64,000 nucleotides of DNA. It comes from Nostoc sp. DedSLP01. GTDB lineage: Bacteria; Cyanobacteriota; Cyanobacteriia; Cyanobacteriales; Nostocaceae. The stretch lies in contig JAVRCJ020000007.1 in the NCBI GenBank assembly GCA_034530875.2, forward strand, positions 192,001 through 256,000, in the 5' to 3' direction. The notes beneath the pieces are model-generated. The model worked only from the letters and a program-made list of their open reading frames with translations, was not told where the DNA came from and did no database searches. Each line of letters begins with the position of its first letter. Position 1 is the stretch's first letter. Shown here one piece after another: positions 20,866 to 30,852 of the stretch. The translations under genes and the position numbers were made by a program.

Positions 20866-21136
20866 AACTTCTACCCTGTAGTAAAAAAAACACTGTTAAT
20901 TAGTGCATCAGCTCGAACTGTCAAAATTACGCATCGTGTAACACAACTTCATATTGTTATGGTCTGCTCAAACTTCAATACTTAAGATCCACTGAAAAAG
21001 AATTAGGCAAGAGTTATAGACAATTAGGCCTCGTCCATAACTCTTGCCTGACTACGTATGTACTTAATGTTACTAACCTACTTAGAAATGAGTTTTTGCG
21101 ATCGCACCATATCTCCCTCGATGAGATACTTTTGAT

Positions 21137-21460
21137 TTAGAACTCCCTGATTTCGGGTTTCTCTAGAGTAGATCGTCTTTTTAGTATCTCTCTCAAATCA
21201 ACCTTGAGGATAGGTCTATTTGAAGAGAGTTCTCTTTGCCTGAGAATTTGAATTTCTCTCTCAAACGCATCCCTTCCTTGTCTAAAAAATTCTTGAGAGC
21301 TAGATGGAACTAAGTCACGCCCAAAATTTGGAAGTGGTGAAGGAAGCGGAGTAGTAAATTTTTGTTGAGCTTTAGCAGAAGTTTCCCCAACTAGGAAAAA
21401 AGTTGTTGAAAGCGCTAGCACTTTTATTGTTAGAGAACGAATAAGTTTTAAGTTGAACAT
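21137..21460 (-). CDS. Hypothetical exported protein
   Basis: Signal-peptide-like LALSTTFFLVGETSAKAQ followed by SSSQEFFRQGRDAFEREIQIL. Confidence 0.65.
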   Translation of the reverse strand: MFNLKLIRSLTIKVLALSTTFFLVGETSAKAQQKFTTPLPSPLPNFGRDLVPSSSQEFFRQGRDAFEREIQILRQRELSSNRPILKVDLREILKRRSTLEKPEIREF

Positions 21461-21837
21461 AGTTAATAGATGTATTGAGTTAATTGTGCGTATTATCAAG
21501 TCATATTAACTTGGTCTAATAATATATAAAGTACACTGACTTTCTGGATGATTACCTCCTACAAATGGGTTAATTTATTTTCAGTAAGCCCATAATTGTA
21601 ATTTGACTTCTCTGTTTCTAAGTTAAGGTATACCTAGAAAGTTTTAAGTAGGTAGACATAGTTAAATGTAAAATACAAAAATTTAAAACCCTAAGAAAAA
21701 CTGGCTTTTCTCTGCTGCCTCCTGCCGACGATCGCGGACTCGCTCTAAGCGAAGCCATGCGGTTGGCAAAGCCTCTCGTAAAGAAGGCTTTACGCTGCGC
21801 TATCCTGCCTTGTGCCTTCTACTTATATGGAGTTTTA

Positions 21838-22803
21838 ATGATGTCTAGTGATGCAATTGTTGAGTCTGAGTTATTAGAAAATGAAGCTGATAAACAGCGC
21901 AAGCCCCGGCAAATTCTCAGTATGCAAGAATTAAGCCTTTTGAATCATCGCTATAACTGGAAAGGGCTACTTCAATTAGCTGGACATCTAGCTGTTATGG
22001 GAGTTAGTGGTTATCTGTGGGCAATGAATTTTGGCAATTGGTTGTTAGCAATACCAGCACTGGTAATTTACGGTTTTAGTTTAGCTGCGATGTTTGCACC
22101 TTTGCACGAATGCGCTCACAGAACTGCTTTTGCTAACAAGCGTTTGAATGAAATTGTGGCTTGGTGTGCGGGTTTGCTTTCATTTTACAACAGCACATTT
22201 TTTCTCTATTACCACAACAGACATCACCTCTATACTCGCACTCCTGACAAAGATCCAGAATTAAACGAGCCGAAGCCAACTAATTTAGGTCGATACTTTT
22301 TAATAATTACTGGTTTACCTTGGTGGTTCGGAAAAATTAGCGGACATTTTCAAACTGCACTCGGTAAACTCGATGATTACCCATTTTTAACTCAAACAGC
22401 ACGAGCTGAAATTATTCGTTCGACTCGTTGGCAATTAGCTGTTTATATAATGGCGATCGCTGTTTCCATAATTGCAGGTCAGCCTTGGTTTTTCCTGTAT
22501 TGGGTGCTTCCCTTAGCTGTCGGTCAACCAATTCTGCGTTTTATTCTGCTAGCAGAACATACAGGCTGTACTCTTGATGAGAATCTACTGACCAATACCC
22601 GTACAACACTGACGTTATTTCCTTTACGATTTTTGATGTGGAATATGCCATTTCATGCAGAGCATCATTTATACCCATCAATTCCTTTCCACGCTCTACC
22701 TACCGCGCATCAACAGTTAAGTTCGCACTTTACCCACATTGAACCAGGCTACATAAAAGTTAACTGGGATATTGTCGATAAATCAAGGCGATCGCTGATA
22801 TAA
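21838..22803 (+). CDS. Fatty acid desaturase-family di-iron membrane enzyme
   Basis: Three His boxes HECAH, HNRHH and HAEHH, plus DPE and AEHTG. GGAG RBS before the ATG at 21838; the longer ORF start lies in repeat DNA. Confidence 0.9.
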   Translation: MMSSDAIVESELLENEADKQRKPRQILSMQELSLLNHRYNWKGLLQLAGHLAVMGVSGYLWAMNFGNWLLAIPALVIYGFSLAAMFAPLHECAHRTAFANKRLNEIVAWCAGLLSFYNSTFFLYYHNRHHLYTRTPDKDPELNEPKPTNLGRYFLIITGLPWWFGKISGHFQTALGKLDDYPFLTQTARAEIIRSTRWQLAVYIMAIAVSIIAGQPWFFLYWVLPLAVGQPILRFILLAEHTGCTLDENLLTNTRTTLTLFPLRFLMWNMPFHAEHHLYPSIPFHALPTAHQQLSSHFTHIEPGYIKVNWDIVDKSRRSLI

Positions 22804-23149
22804 CAAAATCTCTGAGTTGTCTACTCTTAGACAACTCCAATTCGCTCGTTGGCTACGCCTAGACAAGCTATAGTTGTTTTTAACACCAGCTTTATAGAGA
22901 ATGTTTGCAATTGTCTGTAGCAGCCTATACTAATTTTTGAAATTGTATTTCATCTAGGCAATATTTATAAATGTAATAAACTTATCAAGTTACTGAAGTG
23001 CCAAATCTTCCTAAAATCAAAGCTTTGCTTTATATTTTTTAACTTTACTAAATCTTAGTTATACAAAAAAATCACAGTATTTATACTGTTGTTAAACCCA
23101 TGAATACTTACTTAATATGTAGCACAATATTTTTATTCTCTCAACGATT

Positions 23150-23443
23150 GTGAAATCTCTTCTACAGACTTACTTAGAACAAGACATTTGGATACTAATA
23201 CGAGAAAAATGGTATTTTGCGACAATTATCGGCGTTTGGGACGATTTATTGTGGTTTAAACATAGAACTTACAATAAAGATACAGAGGAAGATACTCTGT
23301 GGGAAATGGTTGTCAAAATCAGTGAAGTAATAGCAGTTGATAAAGTTAAGTCTGTGATCAGTAGAAAGCCGGACGTGCTGATTTCACGGCTATTAGAAAC
23401 CGAGCAAGGTATATCCGATTGCAATCAAGAACACGAACGTTAA
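23150..23443 (+). CDS. Hypothetical 97-aa beta-rich protein
   Basis: GTG start; alternating hydrophobic strands (IWILI, FATIIGV, LLWF, MVVKISEVIAV) suggest a small Sm/SH3-like barrel (inference). Confidence 0.6.
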   Translation: MKSLLQTYLEQDIWILIREKWYFATIIGVWDDLLWFKHRTYNKDTEEDTLWEMVVKISEVIAVDKVKSVISRKPDVLISRLLETEQGISDCNQEHER

Positions 23444-23727
23444 TAGACAAGTGCTTTTTGATTGGTGAATTAGAAAATAGGGAATAGGGAATAGGGAATA
23501 GAAAATAGCGAAAGATTTATTGTCTTTTGACTGAGGTATCAATTTTCCAGGCAATTAGATCGCATTATTATTTTTGCGAAGCTAGATACAACTGGAAAAG
23601 GCTTCTTGACTATTATGTATTTCCTACTCCGTATTCCCTATTTCCTAAGGAAGCTCTAATAATAATCTGTTAAACTATCTAAAATTTAAAATTATCGAAG
23701 CTGGTAGCTCAGGGCTGATAACTAAGT

Positions 23728-25404
23728 ATGAGTAAAGCCTTATTCTGTATCGAAAATCTACGAGTTGCCTATCCTCAACGAAGTGGAGAAGAAGCAAGCT
23801 GGGCCGTTGATGATGTATCTTTCACGCTGCAACCAGGTGAAAAAATGGGATTGGTGGGAGAGTCCGGTTGTGGTAAATCAACTATCGGACGCGCAGTCAT
23901 GCGTTTACTACCAGCTTCTAGTCGGATTGAGGGAAGAGTAACATTTCAGGGACAGTCAGTATTTGACTTGACGCCTAACGAGTTGCGAAAATTTCGTGGA
24001 GAAGCGATCGCGTTAATTTTTCAAGATCCGATGACGCGCCTCGATCCGCTAATGACTATTGGCAAGCACTGTATCGAAACTCTGCAAGCGCACTCGCCAG
24101 AATTATCAGCTTCACAAGCTAAAGAAAAAGCAATTGCGACATTGGCAAAGGTAAACATACCCGTAAGCCGTTGGAATCAATATCCCCATGAATTTAGCGG
24201 CGGAATGCGACAACGGGTAGCCATCGCCTTAGCTTTACTTCTCAATCCCAAGTTGATTGTTGCAGACGAACCCACCACGAGTTTAGATGTCACCGTTTCC
24301 GCGCAGATATTACAAGAATTAACGCGGCTGTGCAGTGAAGAAAACATGGGATTGCTGCTGATTTCCCACGATTTAGCAATGGTAGCTGAGTATTGCGATC
24401 GCATCGGCGTCATGTACCACGGGAAGATGGTGGAAATGGGTTCGACGCAAGCTGTATTCAGGCAACCGCAACATGAATACACGCAATCGCTTTTGAAAGC
24501 AGCTTTACATATTCAAACAGTGGATGAAATAGAAAGTGGGGAATGGGGAGTAGGGAGTGGTGAGGAGAAGCAATTAGGGAATATTAATAAGAAATCGCCG
24601 ATTTTGAGTGTTACGGAACTCAAACAACATTACACCATAGAACCTAACTTAGTTGAAAGACTGTTTAAGAGACAAGCCGAGACAATTAAAGCAGTTGATG
24701 GGATTAACTTGGATTTATATCCGGGAGAAATTCTTGGTTTAGTTGGAGAATCAGGTTGCGGTAAAAGTACTTTGTCACGGACAATTTTGCAATTAATTCG
24801 TCCCACTGCTGGCAAAGTTGAGTTTTTAGGACAGGATTTAACTAAACTATCGCGTCAAGAAATTCGTTCTTCACGGCGACAAATACAAATGGTTTTTCAA
24901 GATCCTCATGCTTGTCTGAATCCAGCGATGACGGTAGGACAAAGCATAGCCGATCCTTTATTTATTCACAATCTTGCCGATGCTGCCAAGGCAAAAGAAC
25001 AAGTTTTATGGATGTTGGAAAAAGTTGGCTTAACACCGACACAAGTGTATTATGAACGCTATCCATCAGATTTATCTGGAGGACAACAGCAAAGAGTAGC
25101 GATCGCTCGTGCTTTGATTACTCACCCAAAACTTTTGATTTGCGACGAACCGGTGAGTATGTTAGATGCTAGCGTGCAGTCACAAGTCCTCGATTTGATG
25201 TTGCAATTAAAAGAAGAATTTGAGTTAACTTATCTGTTCATTACCCATGACCTTTGGTTAGCCAGATTTTTGTGCGATCGTATTGCCGTGATGAACGGCG
25301 GTAAAATTGTTGAACTCGGCGATACAAAAAAGATTTTTGCCAATCCTCAACATCCGTATACCAAAACCTTACTAGCTGCTGCTCCCTTATTAGCACGCGC
25401 TTAA
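23728..25404 (+). CDS. Peptide/nickel-type ABC transporter ATPase with duplicated ATPase domains
   Basis: Two GESGCGKST Walker A motifs; FSGGMRQR and LSGGQQQR signatures; PQHEYT and PQHPYT tails. Confidence 0.96.
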   Translation: MSKALFCIENLRVAYPQRSGEEASWAVDDVSFTLQPGEKMGLVGESGCGKSTIGRAVMRLLPASSRIEGRVTFQGQSVFDLTPNELRKFRGEAIALIFQDPMTRLDPLMTIGKHCIETLQAHSPELSASQAKEKAIATLAKVNIPVSRWNQYPHEFSGGMRQRVAIALALLLNPKLIVADEPTTSLDVTVSAQILQELTRLCSEENMGLLLISHDLAMVAEYCDRIGVMYHGKMVEMGSTQAVFRQPQHEYTQSLLKAALHIQTVDEIESGEWGVGSGEEKQLGNINKKSPILSVTELKQHYTIEPNLVERLFKRQAETIKAVDGINLDLYPGEILGLVGESGCGKSTLSRTILQLIRPTAGKVEFLGQDLTKLSRQEIRSSRRQIQMVFQDPHACLNPAMTVGQSIADPLFIHNLADAAKAKEQVLWMLEKVGLTPTQVYYERYPSDLSGGQQQRVAIARALITHPKLLICDEPVSMLDASVQSQVLDLMLQLKEEFELTYLFITHDLWLARFLCDRIAVMNGGKIVELGDTKKIFANPQHPYTKTLLAAAPLLARA

Positions 25405-25471
25405 AAATTAGGATACCTCCTGTCTCTTGTACAGACGCGATTCATCGCGTCTCTCCTCCTCCCTCTTTTAA

Positions 25472-26377
25472 CTATTTCCCCTCTGCAATTAATTTCATTA
25501 CTTCTCCACTCGAACCATATAACTCAACAAATCTCTTAAATAACAATGCAGTTTCGTGAGTTGAAGCTCGATTTGAATTGAATAAACGCTCTATTTTTCT
25601 CTCAGCTAAAGTTCTTAAATATGGTAAGTCTTCAAACAGCGTTAAACAAGCAGCAAAATGTAAAATTATTTGCAATAATGGCTTTGGCCATTCTAGGTCG
25701 CTATAAATATCTATAAAAAACTGGTGTTCTGAGTCACTTAATGGGAAAACGTGAAAAATCACAATGATTCTTTTGTTATTGTAGACTGGGATACTCAGTT
25801 CAACTGTATAGGGGCTATGCAATATTAAATCAACTTCCACTATTGGTTGTCGCCAAATTCTCAGAGGATTAGCTGGCGAATCTAATATAGTTTGGAATTT
25901 GATTATCCCACCGATATTTGTATTTTGAAATTTGCTAACACTGAGAATTTTCAGGTTATTCAGGCTAAATTTATGAATTGTTTCCAAGTGCTTTAAGCTC
26001 AAAAGATGATAAATTTGGCATATATAAGGAAAAGGTAAAATATATTCTTGGCTAATCATGTGTAGCTTTTTTATCTTCAGCTTTTCCGCTTGAATCCGAG
26101 AGAGATATTCTTGATATTGACTTGGAGTAAAATCCTTGCTAGTAAAGCTTTCCTCTGGTTTGAGATATATCCAACTGAAAAAAAAGAAAGAAGCTGTAAA
26201 TAGTTGAAATACTTCTACACTCGATACATAGCCATCAGCAAATGCAGCTACACTTCTATCAGTTATGCCAAAAAGCCAAGAGTGAATGCCAAATATCCAT
26301 ATTAGATTTTTTATTTTATCTATAAAAATAGCACTTTCAACTTCTATAGATACGTTGCTAGGTCGAATCTCGCTCAT
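25472..26377 (-). CDS. Hypothetical membrane-anchored protein
   Basis: About 300-aa ORF with two N-terminal hydrophobic segments; no recognised family; start uncertain. Confidence 0.7.
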   Translation of the reverse strand: MSEIRPSNVSIEVESAIFIDKIKNLIWIFGIHSWLFGITDRSVAAFADGYVSSVEVFQLFTASFFFFSWIYLKPEESFTSKDFTPSQYQEYLSRIQAEKLKIKKLHMISQEYILPFPYICQIYHLLSLKHLETIHKFSLNNLKILSVSKFQNTNIGGIIKFQTILDSPANPLRIWRQPIVEVDLILHSPYTVELSIPVYNNKRIIVIFHVFPLSDSEHQFFIDIYSDLEWPKPLLQIILHFAACLTLFEDLPYLRTLAERKIERLFNSNRASTHETALLFKRFVELYGSSGEVMKLIAEGK

Positions 26378-27124
26378 AAAATCATCATTTTTATCAAATA
26401 AATTATTAACATAACAACTCAACTTTTTAAGCTTAAAAAGTCTAATATTTGTTATGAAACTTATAGTTACATTAATTTCATCCTAAACATAACTAATATG
26501 AACTACCCTCTATCTTTAGCTGGAGATGCAAGTTATATTTATGAGAATTGAGAAAATCAAACTTTCCATAACTGAGCTTAAAAATACAAAATTTTTATAT
26601 GCATATTTCTGCTTGATGGAAAGCTTCAGAAATTATGTTGTGAGATATTGTAGTCTGTATCTTATGATGCATATATTGAAAATATTCATGTGTTATGATA
26701 GTAAAATCAAGCGTAAATAAAAAAATAAGCTATCTAAATCTAACCAAATATATATACATTAAAATCGAGAAATTTATTCTTACTGACATTAGTGAAGTTA
26801 ACAAGAAAGAATACATACGCTCATCTTTTCTTTTAAAGACGCTACGCAAACGATAAGGGTGCAAAACAATTAGTGGCTGATTTGAATCCTCAACTAATTG
26901 ATATTTAATTTCCCAATTTCCCAATTCTGAGTTCTTCTTCAATATGTTTCTATGAATTAATACTCAATGAACTGCTTGTTAATTTAAAAATGAGTAAATT
27001 AGCGTTTCAGAGGATCTTTATTTCGTTAATATCTGTGAGAATTAGACTATAAGCCGTATAATTGCTACTGTTTAGGCTGTATTATTTTTGAATATTTGCT
27101 GACGATTTTCTCTGAGACTTAGCA

Positions 27125-27628
27125 ATGATTATTCGCCATGCGACTGAAACCGACTTAGCCACAATTGTGGCAATTTACAACGCTGCAATTCCCAGCCGTA
27201 TGGCGACTGCTGATTTAGAACCAGTATCTGTGGAAAGTCGGCTTGCTTGGTTCAGGGCGCGATCGCCTTTACAACGTCCACTCTGGGTAATTGAAGTAGA
27301 AGGAGTAACTGCTGGGTGGCTGAGTTTTCAATCCTTTTATGGGCGGCCTGCCTATAGTAATACAGCTGAGATTAGTATTTACATAGCGCCTGCCTTTCAT
27401 CGGCGCGGTTTGGGAAAACAACTTTTAGCACAAGCAATCCACAAAAGTTGTAGTTTAGGTATCAAAACTTTAGTATCCTTGATTTTTGCCCACAATCAAC
27501 CCAGTTTAAAATTATTTGAAAAATTTGGGTTTCAACAATGGGGATATTTGCCTAAAGTTGCAGAACTCGACGGTGTTGAACGAGACTTAATTATTATGGG
27601 ATTCCGAATTAATCAACCTGTTGCCTAA
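27125..27628 (+). CDS. GNAT N-acetyltransferase (phosphinothricin/YncA-like)
   Basis: IVAIYNAAI, FYGRPAY, EISIYI, RRGLGKQLL, HNQPSLKLFEKFGF. Confidence 0.93.
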   Translation: MIIRHATETDLATIVAIYNAAIPSRMATADLEPVSVESRLAWFRARSPLQRPLWVIEVEGVTAGWLSFQSFYGRPAYSNTAEISIYIAPAFHRRGLGKQLLAQAIHKSCSLGIKTLVSLIFAHNQPSLKLFEKFGFQQWGYLPKVAELDGVERDLIIMGFRINQPVA

Positions 27629-27669
27629 TTTCAATATTCTTGTATATGTACGACCAATCCAAAATATTA

Positions 27670-27882
27670 TTAGATGTACATAGAACGCGGTCTAGGATCG
27701 GGAATTGGACGGCCTAAATCCTTAGCCGTTTCTACCCACTCCTGCATCACGAGTTCTACATTATGTAAAGCTTCTTGATAAGTCTCACCATCAGCAGCAC
27801 AGCCTGGTAATTCTGGTACTTCAGCAATAAAAGCTTCATTTTCCCTACTCCAGTAGAGAATGATTTCATAGCGAAACGTCAT
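27670..27882 (-). CDS. hicB: HicB family antitoxin
   Basis: FIAEVPELPGCAADGETYQEAL...GRPIPDP. Confidence 0.9.
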   Translation of the reverse strand: MTFRYEIILYWSRENEAFIAEVPELPGCAADGETYQEALHNVELVMQEWVETAKDLGRPIPDPRPRSMYI

Positions 27883-28132
27883 TTTTATTTCCTAGCTGAT
27901 ACTTAAGAATTACTGCACGAACTTGTTTAACTTGATAGATTTTGGCTTTTCCTCTTTTGTGTTGTAAGTTTAATATTTCCTCAATACCATCTTTGACAAA
28001 AATCCGATGATCGCCACGAATCCGTTCTTTAAAACCCAGTCTGTATAAAAGTTGCCACAATTGCGCAAAAGGGATGTCTGTATCAGAAGTCCCAGAGAGG
28101 ATTTTTTCTAAGATTTTGTCTTGCTGACTCAC
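27866..28132 (-). CDS. hicA: HicA family toxin
   Basis: LGFKERIRGDHRIF...EILNLQ...AKIYQVKQVR; overlaps hicB. Confidence 0.85.
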   Translation of the reverse strand: MSQQDKILEKILSGTSDTDIPFAQLWQLLYRLGFKERIRGDHRIFVKDGIEEILNLQHKRGKAKIYQVKQVRAVILKYQLGNKNDVSL

Positions 28133-28243
28133 GTTTTTCTGACTGCCTGACTACTTCTATAGTCTCATATTTTTGGAAAAATTTGTTGATGCAAAGAAAA
28201 AGTGAGTTTTATTTGGATAATATGGGGTGATGTTTGCGAGGAG

Positions 28244-28486
28244 TTAAGCTATATACTTGGTATTTTGTAGAATTAAGCAAATATCAAGCATTATCTTCCA
28301 ATTATAAAGTTGAGCAGTTAAATTGGCATTGCGGATACTGGTTAACCCTCCAACCAGAGGTATTACTACTATTGTGCCATCAGCATTACGTTCAAATCTG
28401 ATTAATTCGTTTATTTGATATAGCTGAAAAAATTGCTCATCTGTTAGTTGAATAACAAGAGCAAAGTTAATTTTTAAGGCATCCAT
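28244..28486 (-). pseudogene. Truncated Uma2 (DUF820) endonuclease
   Basis: LTDEQFFQLYQINELIRFERNADG...RNANLTAQLYNW aligns with the N-terminal third of 32843..33418, then similarity ends. Confidence 0.85.
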
Positions 28487-28630
28487 AAGATAATTTGTAT
28501 AATAACAAAGTTTATATTTAGTAAAATATTACTAGAAAAAATAAAAGCGAAGTTTTTAGCGATCGCTTTTAGATAAAATATCGCTATCTATATTTGACTT
28601 GGAATACACAAAAGTAGAAATGTAAATTCT

Positions 28631-28852
28631 ATGTCTAATTATCAAGAAGTACTACTGCAAGCTCAAAGCCTAACTCCTGAAGAGCAAATACGCTTAATTG
28701 AAGACTTGTCAAGCTTAATTCGTCAACAGGTAACGATGACACCTAAGCCAAAGCGTAGTATCCTCGAATTACGTGGGTTAGGTAAAAAAATCTGGAATGG
28801 CGTTGATGCTCAAGAATACGTTAATCGAGAACGTGATTCATGGAATGGCTAG
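28631..28852 (+). CDS. Probable antitoxin of the PIN toxin
   Basis: 73 aa; RSILELRGLGKKIWNGVDAQEYVNRERDSW tail; 13-bp overlap with the PIN gene. Confidence 0.8.
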   Translation: MSNYQEVLLQAQSLTPEEQIRLIEDLSSLIRQQVTMTPKPKRSILELRGLGKKIWNGVDAQEYVNRERDSWNG

Positions 28853-29283
28853 TTCAGCTACAGGGGCAAATTGTGGGTTTGGATACTGCTCCACTAATTT
28901 ACTTTATTGAAGAAAATCCTAATTATTTGAATGTTACAGATGCTTTTTTTGAAGCAATGTTTCGTAGCGAGTTTAGCGTTGTAACATCAGTTTTGACTAT
29001 AACGGAAGTGTTAGTCTATCCCTTGCGACAAGGAAACACAGCATTAGCTCAAGAATATCGTGAAATTTTATTTAATTCGCAAGGTTTGACTACTATCGAA
29101 CTTTTTCCTGACATTGCTGAAAATGCAGCACAATTAAGGGCAGATTATAACTTAAGAACCCCAGATGCTATTCAGATCGCTACCGCTATTCATGGAGGTG
29201 CATCATTTTTTTTGACAAACGATGTGCGGTTGCCATCTTTACCAGGGTTATCAGTGTTAGTTTTGGATAGACTGATAGTTTGA
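28840..29283 (+). CDS. PIN-domain (VapC-like) toxin
   Basis: LDTAPLIY, TITEVL, LRTPDAIQIATA, FLTND acidic PIN motifs. Confidence 0.93.
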   Translation: MEWLVQLQGQIVGLDTAPLIYFIEENPNYLNVTDAFFEAMFRSEFSVVTSVLTITEVLVYPLRQGNTALAQEYREILFNSQGLTTIELFPDIAENAAQLRADYNLRTPDAIQIATAIHGGASFFLTNDVRLPSLPGLSVLVLDRLIV

Positions 29284-29298
29284 GTCTTTTTGTATGCT

Positions 29299-29328
29299 GC
29301 GATCGCTTGTTATAAAAGAGTGAGTGCG
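29299..29328 (+). repeat. 30-bp direct repeat, left copy (begins with HIP1)
   Basis: GCGATCGCTTGTTATAAAAGAGTGAGTGCG; 28/30 identical to 30721..30750. Confidence 0.85.
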
Positions 29329-29357
29329 AAAGCTTTGCAGAAAACCTCACCAATAAA

Positions 29358-29392
29358 GCGTAGACACGTAGCGGCTTGTCGTTAGACATCGC
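29358..29392. repeat. 27-nt small dispersed repeat inserted in HIP1
   Basis: GCG + TAGACACGTAGCGGCTTGTCGTTAGAC + ATCGC. Confidence 0.65.
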
Positions 29393-29412
29393 CCCGCTAT
29401 AATAATCATTTA

Positions 29413-29754
29413 TTAAGCTGTTGCAAATTCTGTAAATTTTCTCACATCTGGAGGCTGAAAAGCTAACACAATCTCGCTGCTATTTACACCTAAGTTCATT
29501 AATTCAGTTGCTATTCCCTCTTCTGTCCAGTCTTCTTCTATAAAAATTTTTTCATTCTTAATCCGAATATGAACGTGAGTATATTTAAGTCTTTTGCTAC
29601 CTTGCCAATCTACAGTTAACCAAAGATAATGATCGTGATTTTCATCAAATACTAAACAATTTTCAGTAATTCGATCGGGTGATTGACGAGATAAATTATC
29701 ATATTCAGTTAGCACCTGTTTAATTAACTTTCGATATGTTGTTAATTTATCCAT
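29413..29754 (-). CDS. xisI: XisI family protein
   Basis: [15 protein letters not shown]...VFDENHDHY...[29 protein letters not shown]...IVLAFQPP. Confidence 0.93.
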   Translation of the reverse strand: MDKLTTYRKLIKQVLTEYDNLSRQSPDRITENCLVFDENHDHYLWLTVDWQGSKRLKYTHVHIRIKNEKIFIEEDWTEEGIATELMNLGVNSSEIVLAFQPPDVRKFTEFATA

Positions 29755-30158
29755 AAAGTAATTTCCTCCCTTTCATTGTTAAAAACAATAAATTCAATTT
29801 GCTGAAGTTTTACCACGGCTTGAATAGATTTTCTTTGAAAGAAAGTATCAAATACTGTATCTCTGATTGCTAGATAAATGTTATAGTTTTTACTGGCTAG
29901 TCGTAAAATATCGCGGTATAAAATATATTGACCCAGAGCATTTTCAAAATCTCTCATAGGAGAAGGACTGAGAAAACTTTTGATTTCTACAACTATTTTC
30001 CGTCCTTATTGTTCTGCTAACAAGGCTTTTTCTACAAATAAATCAGCATAAAGCTCTGCATCTTCATACTGCAAAAAATAAGGGTCAGCTATAATTGTCC
30101 AGCCATCTTTAATTAAGGGATTTTTAACAGCATCATGGTAAATGTCTTTTGCTGGCAT
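29742..30158 (-). pseudogene. xisH: XisH family gene with in-frame nonsense codon
   Basis: From ATG 30158: MPAKDIYHDAVKNPLIKDGWTIIADPY...ALLAEQ*GRKIVVEIKSFLSPSPMRDFENALGQY. The TAA is codon 51 (30006-30008); the repaired length is 138 aa. Confidence 0.9.
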
Positions 30159-30178
30159 TTTCTTTATTGTAGTCTTGG

Positions 30179-30634
30179 CTAGATATTAAATTGCCGCCCC
30201 TTAATTGACGCTTTGATTTCTTCCCAAGTCAGCACATTGTCTGGATTTGAATCGTAATCAGCAATTCGGCGATCGAGTTCTTGTTGCTGCAAATCAGTTT
30301 CCCGATTAATAAATTGCTCGAATAATTCAAAAAAGGTATTTAATGCATCTTTCTCATCCGCAGAATGAAAAAGAATAATACTATCCCAGCTATGAGAAGA
30401 ACTGATTTTAAATCGTCGCTGTATCCAATCTTGAAATTGATTAAATTCTAGCTCTTGTTGAGTTGGTGATAACCCTAAATCTTCCCTACAAGCCATATAT
30501 CCATCTAAAAAAGCTCTCAATCTGGTAATTGAACATCGGCCTAAAAACATTCCTGGCTTTTGTTTAATTCTTTCGAGCATTTCATACAGATATTCATTTG
30601 TAATGATAGGAAGATGATGAGAATTGTTTTCCAT
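30179..30634 (-). CDS. Hypothetical protein with C-terminal addiction-module-component tail
   Basis: C-terminal QQELDRRIADYDSNPDNVLTWEEIKASI resembles addiction-module component (TIGR02574-type) proteins; N-terminal domain unassigned. Confidence 0.7.
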   Translation of the reverse strand: MENNSHHLPIITNEYLYEMLERIKQKPGMFLGRCSITRLRAFLDGYMACREDLGLSPTQQELEFNQFQDWIQRRFKISSSHSWDSIILFHSADEKDALNTFFELFEQFINRETDLQQQELDRRIADYDSNPDNVLTWEEIKASIKGRQFNI

Positions 30635-30720
30635 AGTTTTGAAGTATTAAAAACTTTCTTCTCTAACTTGGAATTGTTGTGCATTAAAAAGCGATCGCTA
30701 ATTTTATGGTTGTACTGTAG

Positions 30721-30750
30721 GCGATCGCTTGCTATGAAAGAGTGAGTGCG
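30721..30750 (+). repeat. 30-bp direct repeat, right copy (begins with HIP1)
   Basis: GCGATCGCTTGCTATGAAAGAGTGAGTGCG. Confidence 0.85.
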
Positions 30751-30852
30751 GTTACCTCTTAGGCTTACAAAATTGCGCTTCGTTGCATGTACAACCATAT
30801 TTTGTATATATCTACCTTTTAAAATTAGTAAATATTTATGTAATTGCTATAT

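Noticed and set aside
29413..30158. Heterocyst fdxN-type excision element
   Set aside because: No XisF-like recombinase and no interrupted nif/fdx/hup gene in the window.
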